A stretch of 58,109 bases of DNA from Gammaproteobacteria bacterium (GCA_028871705.1 JAGWMP010000001.1:1-58109); one strand, 5' to 3'. Shown: positions 45,002 to 55,926, counted from the first letter of the stretch. A program made the numbers and translations. Notes: a model not told the origin generated them from the sequence alone.

Positions 45002-46146
45002 ACGATACGGTAAAGCCCGTGGAAAGATTCCTGCCCTTCACCCGGCCGACCATCGATGAGGAGACCATCGCCTCGGTGGCCGAGGTACTGCGCTCCGGAT
45101 GGCTCGCCTCCGGGCCGAAGGTCGCGGCGTTCGAGACCGCGCTGTCGGATTACCTCGGCGGCCGGCCGGTACGCAGCCAGACCTCCGCGACCGCCGGGCT
45201 CGAGATGGCGCTGCTCGCCTGCGGCATCGGGCCGGGGGACGAGGTCATCACGCCGGCGCTGAGCTTCGTCGCGACCGCCAACGTGATCGTGCGGGTCGGT
45301 GCCCGGCCGGTGTTCGTGGACGTGGGGCTGGATTCCCGCAACCTCGATCTCGGCCAGGTGGAAGAGGCCATCACGCCGCGCACCCGCGCCATCATGCCGG
45401 TGCATTTCGCGGGCTTGCCGGTGGATATGGAGCGGCTGTACGCGATCGCCGGCCGGCACCGCCTGCGGGTGATCGAGGACGCCGCGCACGCCATCGGCTC
45501 CTCGTGGCGCGGTAAGCGCATCGGCAGCTTCGGCGACCTGGTGGTGTTCAGCTTCCACCCCAACAAGAACATCACGAGCATCGAGGGCGGGGCGATCTCG
45601 GGCGGCTCCGCCGCGGAGCTGCGCAGCATCGAGCTCCACCGCTGGCACGGCCAGGTCAAGTCCGGGCCCGATTCCTTCGACACGCTGATCGCCGGCGGCA
45701 AGTACAACCTGTCGGACGTCGCGGCGGCGGTGGGCCTCGGGCAGTTGAAGCGCCTCGAGGAGTTCAACGCGCGGCGGCGCGTGCTGGTGGCGCGCTACTT
45801 CGAGCTGTGGGGCACGGAGGCGCCGGTGCGGCTGCCGGAGCGCGGCGACGTCGGCCACAGCTGGCACGTGTTCACGCCGCTGCTGCCGCTCGCCGAGCCC
45901 GGCATCACGCGGCTCGCCTTCATCGAGGCGATGAAGGAGCGCGGCATCGGCGTCGGCGTGCACTACCCGGCGATCCACACCTTCAGCGCCTACCGGGCGC
46001 TCGGCTACCGCGAGGGGCAGTTCCCCAACGCCGAGCGCATCGGGCGCGAGACCGTGACGCTGCCGCTGTACGCCGGCATGGAGCTCGCCGACGTCGAGCG
46101 GGTGGTCAGGGCGGTGAACGAGATCCTGCGCGGAGCGCGCAAATGA
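44998..46146 (+). CDS. arnB: UDP-4-amino-4-deoxy-L-arabinose:2-oxoglutarate aminotransferase (DegT/DnrJ/EryC1 family)
   Basis: FLPFTRP.I.EE, SATAGLE, HP.KN and VTLPLY motifs, in arn operon context. Confidence 0.85.
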   Translation: MNDTVKPVERFLPFTRPTIDEETIASVAEVLRSGWLASGPKVAAFETALSDYLGGRPVRSQTSATAGLEMALLACGIGPGDEVITPALSFVATANVIVRVGARPVFVDVGLDSRNLDLGQVEEAITPRTRAIMPVHFAGLPVDMERLYAIAGRHRLRVIEDAAHAIGSSWRGKRIGSFGDLVVFSFHPNKNITSIEGGAISGGSAAELRSIELHRWHGQVKSGPDSFDTLIAGGKYNLSDVAAAVGLGQLKRLEEFNARRRVLVARYFELWGTEAPVRLPERGDVGHSWHVFTPLLPLAEPGITRLAFIEAMKERGIGVGVHYPAIHTFSAYRALGYREGQFPNAERIGRETVTLPLYAGMELADVERVVRAVNEILRGARK

Positions 46147-47177
46147 ACCCGGACGTGTCGGTCGTCATCCCGGTATTCAACGAGCAGCAGGGGCTGCCGC
46201 AGCTGTTCGCGCGGCTGTACCCGGCGCTCGATGCGCTCGGGCGCAGCTACGAGGTCGTGTTCGTGGACGACGGCAGCGCCGATGGCTCGGTGGCGGCGCT
46301 GCGCGAGCAGTACCAGCGGCGTCCGGAGGTGACGCGCGTGGTGGTGCTGGCGCGCAACGCCGGCCAGCATCGCGCGATCCTCGCCGCCTTCACCTACACC
46401 CGCGGCCGCTATGTGATCACTCTCGATGCGGATCTGCAGAACCCGCCCGAGGAGATCGCCAAGCTGGTCGCGGCGATGGACGCGGGCGCCGACTACGTCG
46501 GTACGATCCGCCTGCGCCGTCAGGACGTGCTGTGGCGCAAGGCCGCCTCGCGCCTCATGAACCGCCTGCGCGAGGGCACCACCTCGATCCGCATCACCGA
46601 CCAGGGTTGCATGTTGCGCGGCTACGACCGCAGCGTCATCGACGCGGTGAATCGCTGCACCGAAGTGAGCACCTACGTGCCGGCACTCGCCTACACCTTC
46701 GCGCGCCATCCGGTCGAGATCGAGGTGGCGCATGCCGAACGCACCGTCGGGGAGTCGAAGTACTCGCTGCTGCGGCTCATCCGCCTCAATTTCGACCTCA
46801 TGACCGGCTTCTCGGTGGCGCCGCTGCAGTTCTTCTCCATGAGCGGCATCGTCATCGCCGTCCTGTCACTCGCGTTCGTGGCCTACCTCGCCATCCGCCG
46901 CCTGATCGTCGGACCGGAGGCCGAGGGCGTGTTCACGCTGTTCGGTATCGCCTTCTTCCTGATCGGCATGGCGCTGCTCGGGCTCGGGGTCGTGGGCGAA
47001 TATGTGGGCCGCATCTACGAGCAGGTGCGCCAGCGCCCGCGCTATCTGGTGGGCGCGGTCCTCGGCGGCGAGACCGGGCCGGCGGAACTGCCGGAGCGCC
47101 GGCGCTCCGAGATCGCCGCGGAGGTCACGGCGCTGCCGCCGCCGCCCGTGCAGCGCGCGGGAGGAGGGCAGGAGTGA
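46143..47177 (+). CDS. arnC: Undecaprenyl-phosphate 4-deoxy-4-formamido-L-arabinose transferase (GT2)
   Basis: VSVVIPVFNE, VFVDDGS.DGS and TLDADLQNPPEEI, plus two C-terminal TM helices. Confidence 0.85.
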   Translation: MNPDVSVVIPVFNEQQGLPQLFARLYPALDALGRSYEVVFVDDGSADGSVAALREQYQRRPEVTRVVVLARNAGQHRAILAAFTYTRGRYVITLDADLQNPPEEIAKLVAAMDAGADYVGTIRLRRQDVLWRKAASRLMNRLREGTTSIRITDQGCMLRGYDRSVIDAVNRCTEVSTYVPALAYTFARHPVEIEVAHAERTVGESKYSLLRLIRLNFDLMTGFSVAPLQFFSMSGIVIAVLSLAFVAYLAIRRLIVGPEAEGVFTLFGIAFFLIGMALLGLGVVGEYVGRIYEQVRQRPRYLVGAVLGGETGPAELPERRRSEIAAEVTALPPPPVQRAGGGQE

Positions 47178-48100
47178 GCGGCCCCACGGCCGTCGTCTTC
47201 GCCTACCACGACGTCGGAGTCCGCTGCTTGAAGGCGCTGCTCTCGGCGCGCGTGCAGGTGCCACTGGTCGTGACCGTGGCCGACGATCCGCAGGAGAACC
47301 GTTGGTACGCGAGCGTGGCGCAGACCGCCGCGGACTACGGACTCGAGACGCTGACGCCCGCGACGGCTGCGCTGCCGCAGCTCGCGACACGGCTCGCCGC
47401 CCTCGAGCCCGATTTCCTCTTCTCCTTTTATTACCGCTCGCTGCTTCCGGCACCGCTGCTGCGCGCCGCGCGGCGCGGCGCGCTCAACATGCACGGCTCG
47501 CTCCTGCCCCGCTACCGGGGCAGGGCACCGGTCAACTGGGCGATTCTCAAGGGCGAGCGCGAGACCGGCGCGACGCTGCACTACATGGTGGAGCGGGCGG
47601 ACGCCGGCGACATCGTCGACCAGCTCGCCGTTCCGATCCTCATCGATGACGACGCACGCGAGGTGTTCGCCAAGGTGACCGTCGCCGCCGAAAGCATCCT
47701 CGTGCGCTCGTTGCCGCAGCTGATCGCGGGCACCGCACCGCGGCGGACGCAGCCGATTCTCCCCGGAGAGTACTTCGGGCGGCGGACTCCCGCGGACGGG
47801 CGGATCGACTGGACGAGGCCGGCGCGGGAGATCCACGACCTGGTGCGCGCCGTCGCACCGCCGTTCCCGGGCGCCTTTGCGCAAGTCGGCGGCGAGCGCT
47901 GGGACATCCACCGCACGCGCCTGAGCGAGCGGCCGGCGCCGCGGGCCGGCGCGTGGCTTTTCGGGGCCGGCGGCTCTGTCTACGCCGCCTGCGGTGGAGG
48001 CGGTGTGGTGCAGATCCTCGCCGCGGCGGATGCGCGTGGGCCGCTCGACCTCGGGCGCGTTGCGCAATCCCTCGGCACGCGGCCTGTGCCGCTCGGCTGA
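47174..48100 (+). CDS. arnA: UDP-L-Ara4N formyltransferase, stand-alone ArnA N-terminal domain
   Basis: AVVFAYHDVG, NMHGSLLPRYRGRAPVNWAI and GATLHYM form the formyltransferase catalytic His/Asn/Asp context. GTGA overlap with the arnC stop. Confidence 0.85.
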   Translation: MSGPTAVVFAYHDVGVRCLKALLSARVQVPLVVTVADDPQENRWYASVAQTAADYGLETLTPATAALPQLATRLAALEPDFLFSFYYRSLLPAPLLRAARRGALNMHGSLLPRYRGRAPVNWAILKGERETGATLHYMVERADAGDIVDQLAVPILIDDDAREVFAKVTVAAESILVRSLPQLIAGTAPRRTQPILPGEYFGRRTPADGRIDWTRPAREIHDLVRAVAPPFPGAFAQVGGERWDIHRTRLSERPAPRAGAWLFGAGGSVYAACGGGGVVQILAAADARGPLDLGRVAQSLGTRPVPLG

Positions 48101-48108
48101 CGGGTCCC

Positions 48109-49020
48109 GTGGCGCTCATCGCCCTCAAGGTGGACGTCGATACCTTTCGCGGGACACGCGAGGGTGCGGTGCGGCTCGCGGACCTCCTCGAGCGCATCGA
48201 TGCGCGGGCCACCTTCCTCTTCAGCCTGGGGCCGGACCACACCGGCCGGGCGATCAAACGCGTGTTCCGCCGCGGCTTCCTCGGCAAGGTGAAGCGCACC
48301 TCGGTGCTCGAGCACTACGGCTTGAAGACGCTGCTCTACGGCGTGCTGCTCCCGGGGCCGCGCATCGGCCGGCGCTGCGGCTCCGTCATGCGGGAGATCG
48401 CCCGCCGCGGGTTCGAGGTGGGCGTGCACACCTGGGACCACATCCGCTGGCAGGATGGCGTGGCGCGCGCGAGCGAGCCGTGGACGCGCCGCGAGCTGGC
48501 GCTCGCGGCGAATGAGTTCGCCGAGATCTTCGGGCGGTCCGCCGCGGTGCATGGGGCGGCGGGCTGGCAGATGAACCGCTTCGTGCCGGCGCTCGAGGGA
48601 GAGTTCGGGTTCCGCTATGCCTCCGACACGCGGGGCCGCGCGCCCTTCCTGCCGGCGCACGGGGCCGGCGCTGACCCCGTCCCGCAGCTGCCGACGACGC
48701 TGCCGACCTTCGACGAGCTCATCGGCCGCGAGGATCTCGGCGGGGAGGACCCCGTGGATCATCTGCTCGCGCTCACCGCGGCCGAGGGTCAGCGCGACCA
48801 GGTGTTCACCCTGCACGCCGAGCTCGAGGGCGGCGCCTACCTCGCATCCTTCGAGCGGCTGCTGCGCGAGTGGCGGGCCCGGGGGGCCCGCCTCACCGAT
48901 CTTGCGACCTATATGGCTGAGCTCGACCTGACCGCGCTGCCGCGCTGCAGCATCGAAGCCGGAACCGTCGCGGGCCGTTCCGGGACCCTCGCCGTGCAGG
49001 GCAGCGCCGCCGGCGCCTGA
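48109..49020 (+). CDS. arnD: 4-deoxy-4-formamido-L-arabinose-phosphoundecaprenol deformylase (polysaccharide deacetylase fold)
   Basis: ALKVDVDT..G, FLFSLGPD, GVHTWDH and QLPTT motifs. GTG lies 8 nt after the upstream stop. Confidence 0.8.
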   Translation: MALIALKVDVDTFRGTREGAVRLADLLERIDARATFLFSLGPDHTGRAIKRVFRRGFLGKVKRTSVLEHYGLKTLLYGVLLPGPRIGRRCGSVMREIARRGFEVGVHTWDHIRWQDGVARASEPWTRRELALAANEFAEIFGRSAAVHGAAGWQMNRFVPALEGEFGFRYASDTRGRAPFLPAHGAGADPVPQLPTTLPTFDELIGREDLGGEDPVDHLLALTAAEGQRDQVFTLHAELEGGAYLASFERLLREWRARGARLTDLATYMAELDLTALPRCSIEAGTVAGRSGTLAVQGSAAGA

Positions 49021-49095
49021 CGGTCCGGCACGCCGCCGCCGCTCGAGCCGCGTGTCGGGCCGACAATATTCCCCCGCCCTGGTGCGTCTTCTCTC

Positions 49096-49674
49096 GTGGA
49101 GATGGACGCCGTCGCGATCAGCAACCGCATGAGTCAGGACCGGCAGATCGCCGCCCTCGTGCTGCGCGAGCGCGACCGGCTGCTGCGGTTCATCCGGCGG
49201 CGGATCGACGATGCCAGCGAGGCCGAGGACATCCTGCAGGAGGCCCTCACGGAGCTCGTCGCCGCCGAGCGCCTGGCGCAGCCGATCGAACAGGCCGGCG
49301 CCTGGCTCATGCGCGTGGCGCGCAACCGCATCATCGACCGCTTCCGCCGCAAGCGTCCGCTGCCCCTGGCTGAGCAGGCGGTGGATGCCGATGAGGAGCG
49401 GATGCTCGAGGAGCTGCTGCCGGCCGCGGACGGCACGCCGGAGACCGCGGCGATGCGCGCGGTACTGCTGGAAGAGATCGAGGCGGCGCTCGCCGCGCTG
49501 CCGCCCGAGCAACGCGAGGTATTCATCGCCCAGGAGCTCGACGGACTCACGTTCCGGGAGCTGGCGGAACGCTCGGGCGTCAGCATCAACACGCTGCTGT
49601 CGCGCAAGCGCTATGCGGTGCGCCAGCTGCGCGCGCACCTGCAGACGGTTTACGACGAGTGGCTGGCGGAGTGA
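49096..49674 (+). CDS. ECF-type RNA polymerase sigma-70 family factor
   Basis: Region 2 (AEDILQEA...WLMRVARNRIIDRFRR) and region 4 (REVFIAQELDGLTFRELAERSGVSINTLLSRKRYA). Alternative starts are at 49102 and 49129. Confidence 0.8.
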   Translation: MEMDAVAISNRMSQDRQIAALVLRERDRLLRFIRRRIDDASEAEDILQEALTELVAAERLAQPIEQAGAWLMRVARNRIIDRFRRKRPLPLAEQAVDADEERMLEELLPAADGTPETAAMRAVLLEEIEAALAALPPEQREVFIAQELDGLTFRELAERSGVSINTLLSRKRYAVRQLRAHLQTVYDEWLAE

Positions 49675-49724
49675 CGGGCGCCGCGGACTATCGGTCAACA
49701 ATTCGGTTTATCGAGGAGAGAGCT

Positions 49725-50084
49725 GTGAGAAATCCGGTAGGTTGGGTCGTGAGGGGCGTGGCCAGGGGGGTCGCGATCGCGGCGGCCGTGGTGGTCTTCG
49801 TCGGGGTGTTCAGTTGGGCCGTGATGCTCCTGTGGAACTACGTCGTGCCGGCGCTGTTCCATGGGCCGCTCATCGGCTACTGGCAGGCGTTAGCCCTGCT
49901 GGTGCTGTCGCGGATCCTGTTCGGCGGGTTGCGCGGCTGGCGCGGGGCCCACGGGCACTGGCACCGGCACGCGTGGCGGGAGCGCTGGGAGAGCCTGACA
50001 CCCGAGGAGCGCACGCGGCTGCGCGAGCGGTTCTGCGGACATGGGCCGGGAGCATCGGCGACCGAGGAGCGGGCACAGCCCTGA
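49725..50084 (+). CDS. Small two-TM membrane protein with a His/Arg/Trp-rich tail (possible sigma-factor partner)
   Basis: GTG at 49725 follows GAGGAGAG. Two hydrophobic helices are followed by RGAHGHWHRHAWRERWESLTPEER. The track start at 49659 would overlap the sigma gene by 16 nt. Confidence 0.5.
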   Translation: MRNPVGWVVRGVARGVAIAAAVVVFVGVFSWAVMLLWNYVVPALFHGPLIGYWQALALLVLSRILFGGLRGWRGAHGHWHRHAWRERWESLTPEERTRLRERFCGHGPGASATEERAQP

Positions 50085-50165
50085 CACCGCGCCGACGGCG
50101 GTCACACCCGCCGGTTGACGCGCGAGCGCGCGCCAACGCAACATTCGCGGGTGCTGCCGGTAAAC

Positions 50166-51143
50166 ATGACGGCGATCGAGATCCGCGAGCCGGGCCCGCC
50201 ACAGGTGCTGCGCGCGGTACGCCGTCCGCTCCCGCAGCCGAAGGCCGGCGAGGTGTTGATCCGAGTCGCGGCCGCGGGCGTCAACCGCCCCGACGTGCTG
50301 CAGCGCAAGGGGCTGTATCCGGCGCCCCCCGGCGCGAGCGATATTCCCGGTCTCGAGGTCGCCGGCGTGGTGGTGGCGGTCGGCGAAGGCGTGACCGACC
50401 CGGCGCTCGGTGCGCGGGTGTGTGCGCTGCTCGCCGGCGGGGGCTACGCCGAATATGCCACGGCGCCCGCGGTGCAGTGCCTGCCGGCACCCACCCAGCT
50501 GTCGCTCGAGGAGGCCGCGGCGCTGCCCGAGACCTTCTTCACCGTATGGTTCAACGTGTTCGAGCGGGCACGGCTGCGCTCCGGTGAGACGCTGCTGGTG
50601 CACGGCGGCGCGAGCGGCATCGGCACCAGCGCGATCCTTCTTGGCAAGGCCTTCGGCGCGCGCCTGATCGTCACCGCCGGCACCGCCGCCAAGTGCGCCG
50701 CGTGCCGCGAGCTCGGCGCCGATCACGCCATCAACTACCACGAGCAGGATTTCGTCGAGGCGACGCTGCGCGCGACCGACGGACGCGGCGCCGACGTGAT
50801 CCTCGACATGGTCGGAGGCGATTACGTCGCGCGCAACATCGCCGCCGCGGCCACCAACGCCCGCATCGCCGTGATCGCCCACCAGGGAGGCGCCAAGGCG
50901 GAGATCGATCTGCGCCCCCTGATGGTGAAGCGGCTGACGATCAGCGCCTCGACGCTGCGGGCGCAGTCGGTGGAGAGCAAGGGGCGGCTCGCCGCGGCGC
51001 TGCGCCAGCAGGTGTGGCCGCTGTTCGCCACCAAGCGCCTGAAGCCGCTCATCCATGCGCGCTTCCCGCTGGCCGATGCCGCCTCCGCCCATAAGCTGAT
51101 GGAGTCCGACGCCCACATCGGCAAGATCGTCCTCGACGCTTAG
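50166..51143 (+). CDS. qor: NAD(P)H:quinone oxidoreductase, zeta-crystallin/PIG3-type MDR
   Basis: GVNRPDVLQRKGLYP.PPGAS.IPGLE.AG and VHGGASGIG motifs. Confidence 0.8.
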   Translation: MTAIEIREPGPPQVLRAVRRPLPQPKAGEVLIRVAAAGVNRPDVLQRKGLYPAPPGASDIPGLEVAGVVVAVGEGVTDPALGARVCALLAGGGYAEYATAPAVQCLPAPTQLSLEEAAALPETFFTVWFNVFERARLRSGETLLVHGGASGIGTSAILLGKAFGARLIVTAGTAAKCAACRELGADHAINYHEQDFVEATLRATDGRGADVILDMVGGDYVARNIAAAATNARIAVIAHQGGAKAEIDLRPLMVKRLTISASTLRAQSVESKGRLAAALRQQVWPLFATKRLKPLIHARFPLADAASAHKLMESDAHIGKIVLDA

Positions 51144-51248
51144 AAAGCGTGACGGCCGACGGCGCCGGGGGGCGAAAAAGTCGCCCGACCTCACGGAATT
51201 GCGTACCCTACGCCGCCACACTAACCATAAGAATCCGACGGAGAACCC

Positions 51249-52421
51249 ATGAGTCTCTCCCCGTACGGTCTCATCGAGCTGCCCTGGTGGGGATACGTGC
51301 TGGTGACCTTCGTCACCATCGAGACGATGTTCCTCGGCGTCACGCTCTACCTGCATCGCGACCAGTCGCACGGCGGGCTGATCCTGCACCCGGCGCTGCG
51401 GCACGTATTTCGCTTCTGGCTGTGGTTCAGCTCCGGCGCCGTGACGCGCGAGTGGGTGGCCGTACACCGCAAGCATCATGCCTGCGCCGATCGCGAAGGC
51501 GACCCGCACAGCCCGGTGGTGTTCGGGTTGAGGCGCGTGCTGTTCGAGGGGTTCGAGCTCTATCGCGCGGCGGGCCGCGATCCGGACACGCTGCGCAACT
51601 ACGGCCGCGGCACCCCCGATGACTGGCTCGAGCGGCACGTCTACAGCCGCCATGCCTTCGTCGGCATCGCGTTGTTCGTGCTCGCGCATCTCGTGCTGTT
51701 CGGCGTTCCCGGCATCATCATGATCGCCGTGCACCTCTCGGCTCAGCCATTCTTCGCCGGCGGCGTCATCAACGGACTCGGCCACGCGGTCGGCTATCGC
51801 AGCTTCGAGATGCCATCGACCGCCACCAACCTCGTGCCGTGGGCGCTGCTGCTCGGGGGTGAGGAGCTGCACAACAATCACCATGCCTTCCCGCGCTCGG
51901 CGCGCTTCGCGGTCCAGCGCTGGGAGCTCGACGTCGGTTGGCTGTGGATACGGTTGTTCCGCGCGCTCGGGCTGGCGCAGGTGCGCTGGGTTGCGCCGCG
52001 GCCGCATCTCGAGCGCCGCCGCCGCGAGCTCGACGCCGACACGGTGCAGGCGCTATTCACCAACCGCATGCACGTACTGCGCGACTACGCGCGGCGCGTG
52101 GTGCTGCCGGTCTGCCGCGAGCTCAAACGCCGCGAGCCGCAGGGCACGCTACCGGCGATCGCGCCGCAGCTGCTGATCCGCCATCCCACGCTCCTCGCCG
52201 AGGAGGCGCGGCGGCGTTTGCGCGAGCTCCTCGAGCGCTACGAAGTGCTGCGCCACGTGATCGAATATCGCGACGGACTGCAGCAGGCGTGGGAGGAGGC
52301 CTCGGCGAGCCGCGCCCTGGCGCAGCTCAACGAGTGGCGCCGCGGCGCCGAGGCCAGCGGGATCGGTGCGCTGCGCGAGTTCGCGCGGGCGCTGCCCGCC
52401 TATGCGCCGGCGCGAGGCTGA
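51249..52421 (+). CDS. Membrane fatty-acid desaturase (DesA-like)
   Basis: Histidine boxes HRDQSH, HRKHHACAD and HNNHHAFP. N-terminal TM helices and a C-terminal helical extension. Confidence 0.85.
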   Translation: MSLSPYGLIELPWWGYVLVTFVTIETMFLGVTLYLHRDQSHGGLILHPALRHVFRFWLWFSSGAVTREWVAVHRKHHACADREGDPHSPVVFGLRRVLFEGFELYRAAGRDPDTLRNYGRGTPDDWLERHVYSRHAFVGIALFVLAHLVLFGVPGIIMIAVHLSAQPFFAGGVINGLGHAVGYRSFEMPSTATNLVPWALLLGGEELHNNHHAFPRSARFAVQRWELDVGWLWIRLFRALGLAQVRWVAPRPHLERRRRELDADTVQALFTNRMHVLRDYARRVVLPVCRELKRREPQGTLPAIAPQLLIRHPTLLAEEARRRLRELLERYEVLRHVIEYRDGLQQAWEEASASRALAQLNEWRRGAEASGIGALREFARALPAYAPARG

Positions 52422-52428
52422 GCGCCGC

Positions 52429-52890
52429 TCATCTCTCGGGCAGCGAGCGCGAGCGCGTCACGGTGCGCATCGCGAAGCTCGACTGCACGCGCGCCACGCT
52501 CGGCAGCCGCGTGAGATGCTGGTTGTGGATGCGCTCGAAGTCGGCGAGGTCGGTGACCACGAGCCGCAGCAGGTAATCGTGCTCGCCGGTCATCAGATAG
52601 CACTCCATCACCTCCGGCACGCCCCGTACCGCGCTCTCGAAGGCCTCGAGTCCTGTCTGACTCTGGCGGTCGAGCGTGATGCTCACGAACACGTTGACCG
52701 GGAATCCGGCGCGCTGCTGATCGACCAGCGCCGTGTAGCCCTCGATCAACCCTGATTCCTCGAGCGCGCGTACGCGGCGCAGCGTGGCGGACTCCGACAG
52801 ACTGACCCGCGAGGCGAGTGCCGAGTTGGTGGTGCGCGCGTCCTGTTGCAGCAGGCGCAGGATGGCGCGATCGTAGCGGTCGAGCTCCAT
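52429..52890 (-). CDS. Lrp/AsnC-family transcriptional regulator
   Basis: 153 aa. LDRYDRAILRLLQQDART.N..LA..V.LS.S...RRV..LE..G.I plus a C-terminal RAM domain. Confidence 0.85.
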   Translation of the reverse strand: MELDRYDRAILRLLQQDARTTNSALASRVSLSESATLRRVRALEESGLIEGYTALVDQQRAGFPVNVFVSITLDRQSQTGLEAFESAVRGVPEVMECYLMTGEHDYLLRLVVTDLADFERIHNQHLTRLPSVARVQSSFAMRTVTRSRSLPER

Positions 52891-52896
52891 GGCGCA

Positions 52897-52934
52897 AGAA
52901 TCCTTCTAAAAATAAGAGATTAAAGACGGATTCT
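52897..52934. promoter_or_regulatory. Inverted repeat AGAATCC-N24-GGATTCT flanking an AT-rich core in the Lrp/ald divergent spacer
   Basis: Seen directly at 52897-52903 and 52928-52934. The core is ttctaaaaataagagattaaagac. Confidence 0.3.
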
Positions 52935-53040
52935 GCCATACCGGCGGCGTTCCGGGCCGGGATTACGCAAACGCGCGCGCCCGGCGCTGCGCTTAAATCC
53001 TCCCGGCTCGGTGAAGGCACAAGAACGGGGGAGATTCGCC

Positions 53041-54147
<1,107 letters not shown>

Positions 54148-54228
54148 CTCCCTATAAAGGAGAGTGGCCGCGGCCCCGGGCGAGGGCGTAGGCTAGCCGC
54201 CCCTTACCTGAGCAACGTCGGAGGATCC

Positions 54229-54807
54229 GTGATAAAAGTTGCGCTACCGGTCGCCGTGGCGAGTCTCGCCATGGGCTCCGCTCTCGCCGCGCCGGTCACC
54301 TACCAGGTCGATCCGGGCCACACCTACCCGAGCTTCGAGGCCGATCACTTCGGCGGCATGTCGGTGTGGCGCGGCAAGTTCGACAGCTCCTCCGGCACCA
54401 TCGTGCTCGACAAGGCGGCCGGAACCGGCACCGTCGAGATCACGGTCGACACGTCCTCGATCGACTTCGGCCATCCCAAGCTCAACGAGCACGCGAAGTC
54501 CGCCGAGATGTTCGACGTGCAGAAGTACCCGACCGCGGTCTACAAGGGCACGCTCACCAACTTCAAGAACGGCGCGCCCACCGAGGCGCACGGGGAGCTG
54601 ACGCTGCACGGCGTGACCAAGCCGCTGAATCTCACCATCAAAAGCTTCCTCTGCAAGATGACGCCGATGTCGAAGAAGGAGCGCTGCGGCGCGGATGCCG
54701 CGGCGACGCTCAACCGTGCCGATTACGGCATCAACTACGGGGAGAAGTACGGCTTCAACATGCAGGTGAAGCTCGCCATCCAGGTGGAGGCCGAGCCCAC
54801 CGGCTGA
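54229..54807 (+). CDS. yceI: YceI-family periplasmic (polyisoprenoid-binding) protein
   Basis: Signal peptide, then Y.VDP.HT...F...H.G.S...G.F and ..L.L.GVTKP, the typical YceI pattern. Confidence 0.8.
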   Translation: MIKVALPVAVASLAMGSALAAPVTYQVDPGHTYPSFEADHFGGMSVWRGKFDSSSGTIVLDKAAGTGTVEITVDTSSIDFGHPKLNEHAKSAEMFDVQKYPTAVYKGTLTNFKNGAPTEAHGELTLHGVTKPLNLTIKSFLCKMTPMSKKERCGADAAATLNRADYGINYGEKYGFNMQVKLAIQVEAEPTG

Positions 54808-54834
54808 GCCGGCGGCCGCTGCTGCCACCACTCT

Positions 54835-55926
54835 CTAGAGCATCCCGGCCACCAGCTCCGCGATCGCGAGCGAGCTGGTGAGTCCGGGGGACTCGATTCC
54901 GTAGAGCTGCACCAGGCCGCGCACGCCGTGCGCGGTCTGCCCGTCGATACGAAAGTCCGCCTGCGGCTCTCCGGGCCCGGTGATCTTCGGGCGGATGCCG
55001 GAATAGCCGGGCTCGAGCGCGCCGTCGGGCAGCGCCGGCCACCAGCTGCGGATCGCGCTGTAGAAGCTCGCCGCGCGCGCCGGGTCCACCTCGTAGCGCC
55101 GCTCCGCCACCCATTCGACGTCCGGTCCGAAACGCGCCCGTCCGGCGAGGTCGAGCGTCAGATGCACGCCGAGTCCGCCCGGCACCGGCAGCGGATAGAT
55201 GAGCCGGCTGAACGGCGAGCGGCCGCCGAGGGTGAAGTAGCTGCCCTTGGCGAGGTGCGCGGCCGGAACCCGCGCGGGTGGAAAGCCATCCATGAGACGC
55301 GCCACCGCCGGGGCATCGAGTCCGGCGCTGTTGACCAGCGCCCGTGCCCGCAGCGCCGGCGCCTCGCCGTTCACCCCGATGAGGAAGGCATCCTCGCGCA
55401 GCGCCACCGCCGTGACGGCGCTCTCGCAGGCGAGCTGCGCCCCGTGGCTCTCGGCCTCGCCCAGCAGCGCGAGCATGTAGGCGTGGGCGTCGATGATCCC
55501 GGTGAGCGGGGAGTGCAGCGCCGCGGCGCACTCGAGCTGCGGCTCGAGTGCATGCGCCGCGGCACCGCTCAGGGCGGTGAGCTCGACGCCGTTGGCGAGC
55601 GCACCGGCGCGGATCCGCTCGAGCTCCGCTGCCTGGGCCGCCGTGCCCGCCACGATCAGCTTGCCGTAGCGACGATGCGGGATGCCGTGCGCGGCGCAGT
55701 AGGCATAGAGGAGGTCGCGTCCCGTGACGCACAGGCGCGCCCGCAGCGAGCCGCGCGGGTAGTAGATGCCGGCGTGGATGACCTCGCTGTTGCGCGAGCT
55801 GACACCGCTGCCGAAGCGCTCGGCGGCCTCGAGGATCAGCACCTCGCGCCCGCGCAGAGCGAGCGCCCGCGCGACCGCGAGCCCGACCACCCCCGCGCCG
55901 ATCACCACCACATCCACGCTGTCCAT
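54835..55926 (-). CDS. FAD-dependent oxidoreductase (DAO family, L-2-hydroxyglutarate oxidase/dehydrogenase-like)
   Basis: [30 protein letters not shown] and ESPGLT motifs. Confidence 0.75.
   Translation of the reverse strand: MDSVDVVVIGAGVVGLAVARALALRGREVLILEAAERFGSGVSSRNSEVIHAGIYYPRGSLRARLCVTGRDLLYAYCAAHGIPHRRYGKLIVAGTAAQAAELERIRAGALANGVELTALSGAAAHALEPQLECAAALHSPLTGIIDAHAYMLALLGEAESHGAQLACESAVTAVALREDAFLIGVNGEAPALRARALVNSAGLDAPAVARLMDGFPPARVPAAHLAKGSYFTLGGRSPFSRLIYPLPVPGGLGVHLTLDLAGRARFGPDVEWVAERRYEVDPARAASFYSAIRSWWPALPDGALEPGYSGIRPKITGPGEPQADFRIDGQTAHGVRGLVQLYGIESPGLTSSLAIAELVAGML

Noticed and set aside
49021-49095. ECF-type autoregulated promoter (GGAAC-N16-CGTC-like) upstream of the sigma gene
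   Set aside because: A CGTCT is present near the start, but there is no matching -35 element at the right spacing.
49890-52007. 705-aa minus-strand ORF crossing the membrane-protein, qor and desaturase genes
   Set aside because: It spans three independent plus-strand genes and two intergenic regions. It has no motifs and the typical high-GC antisense composition.
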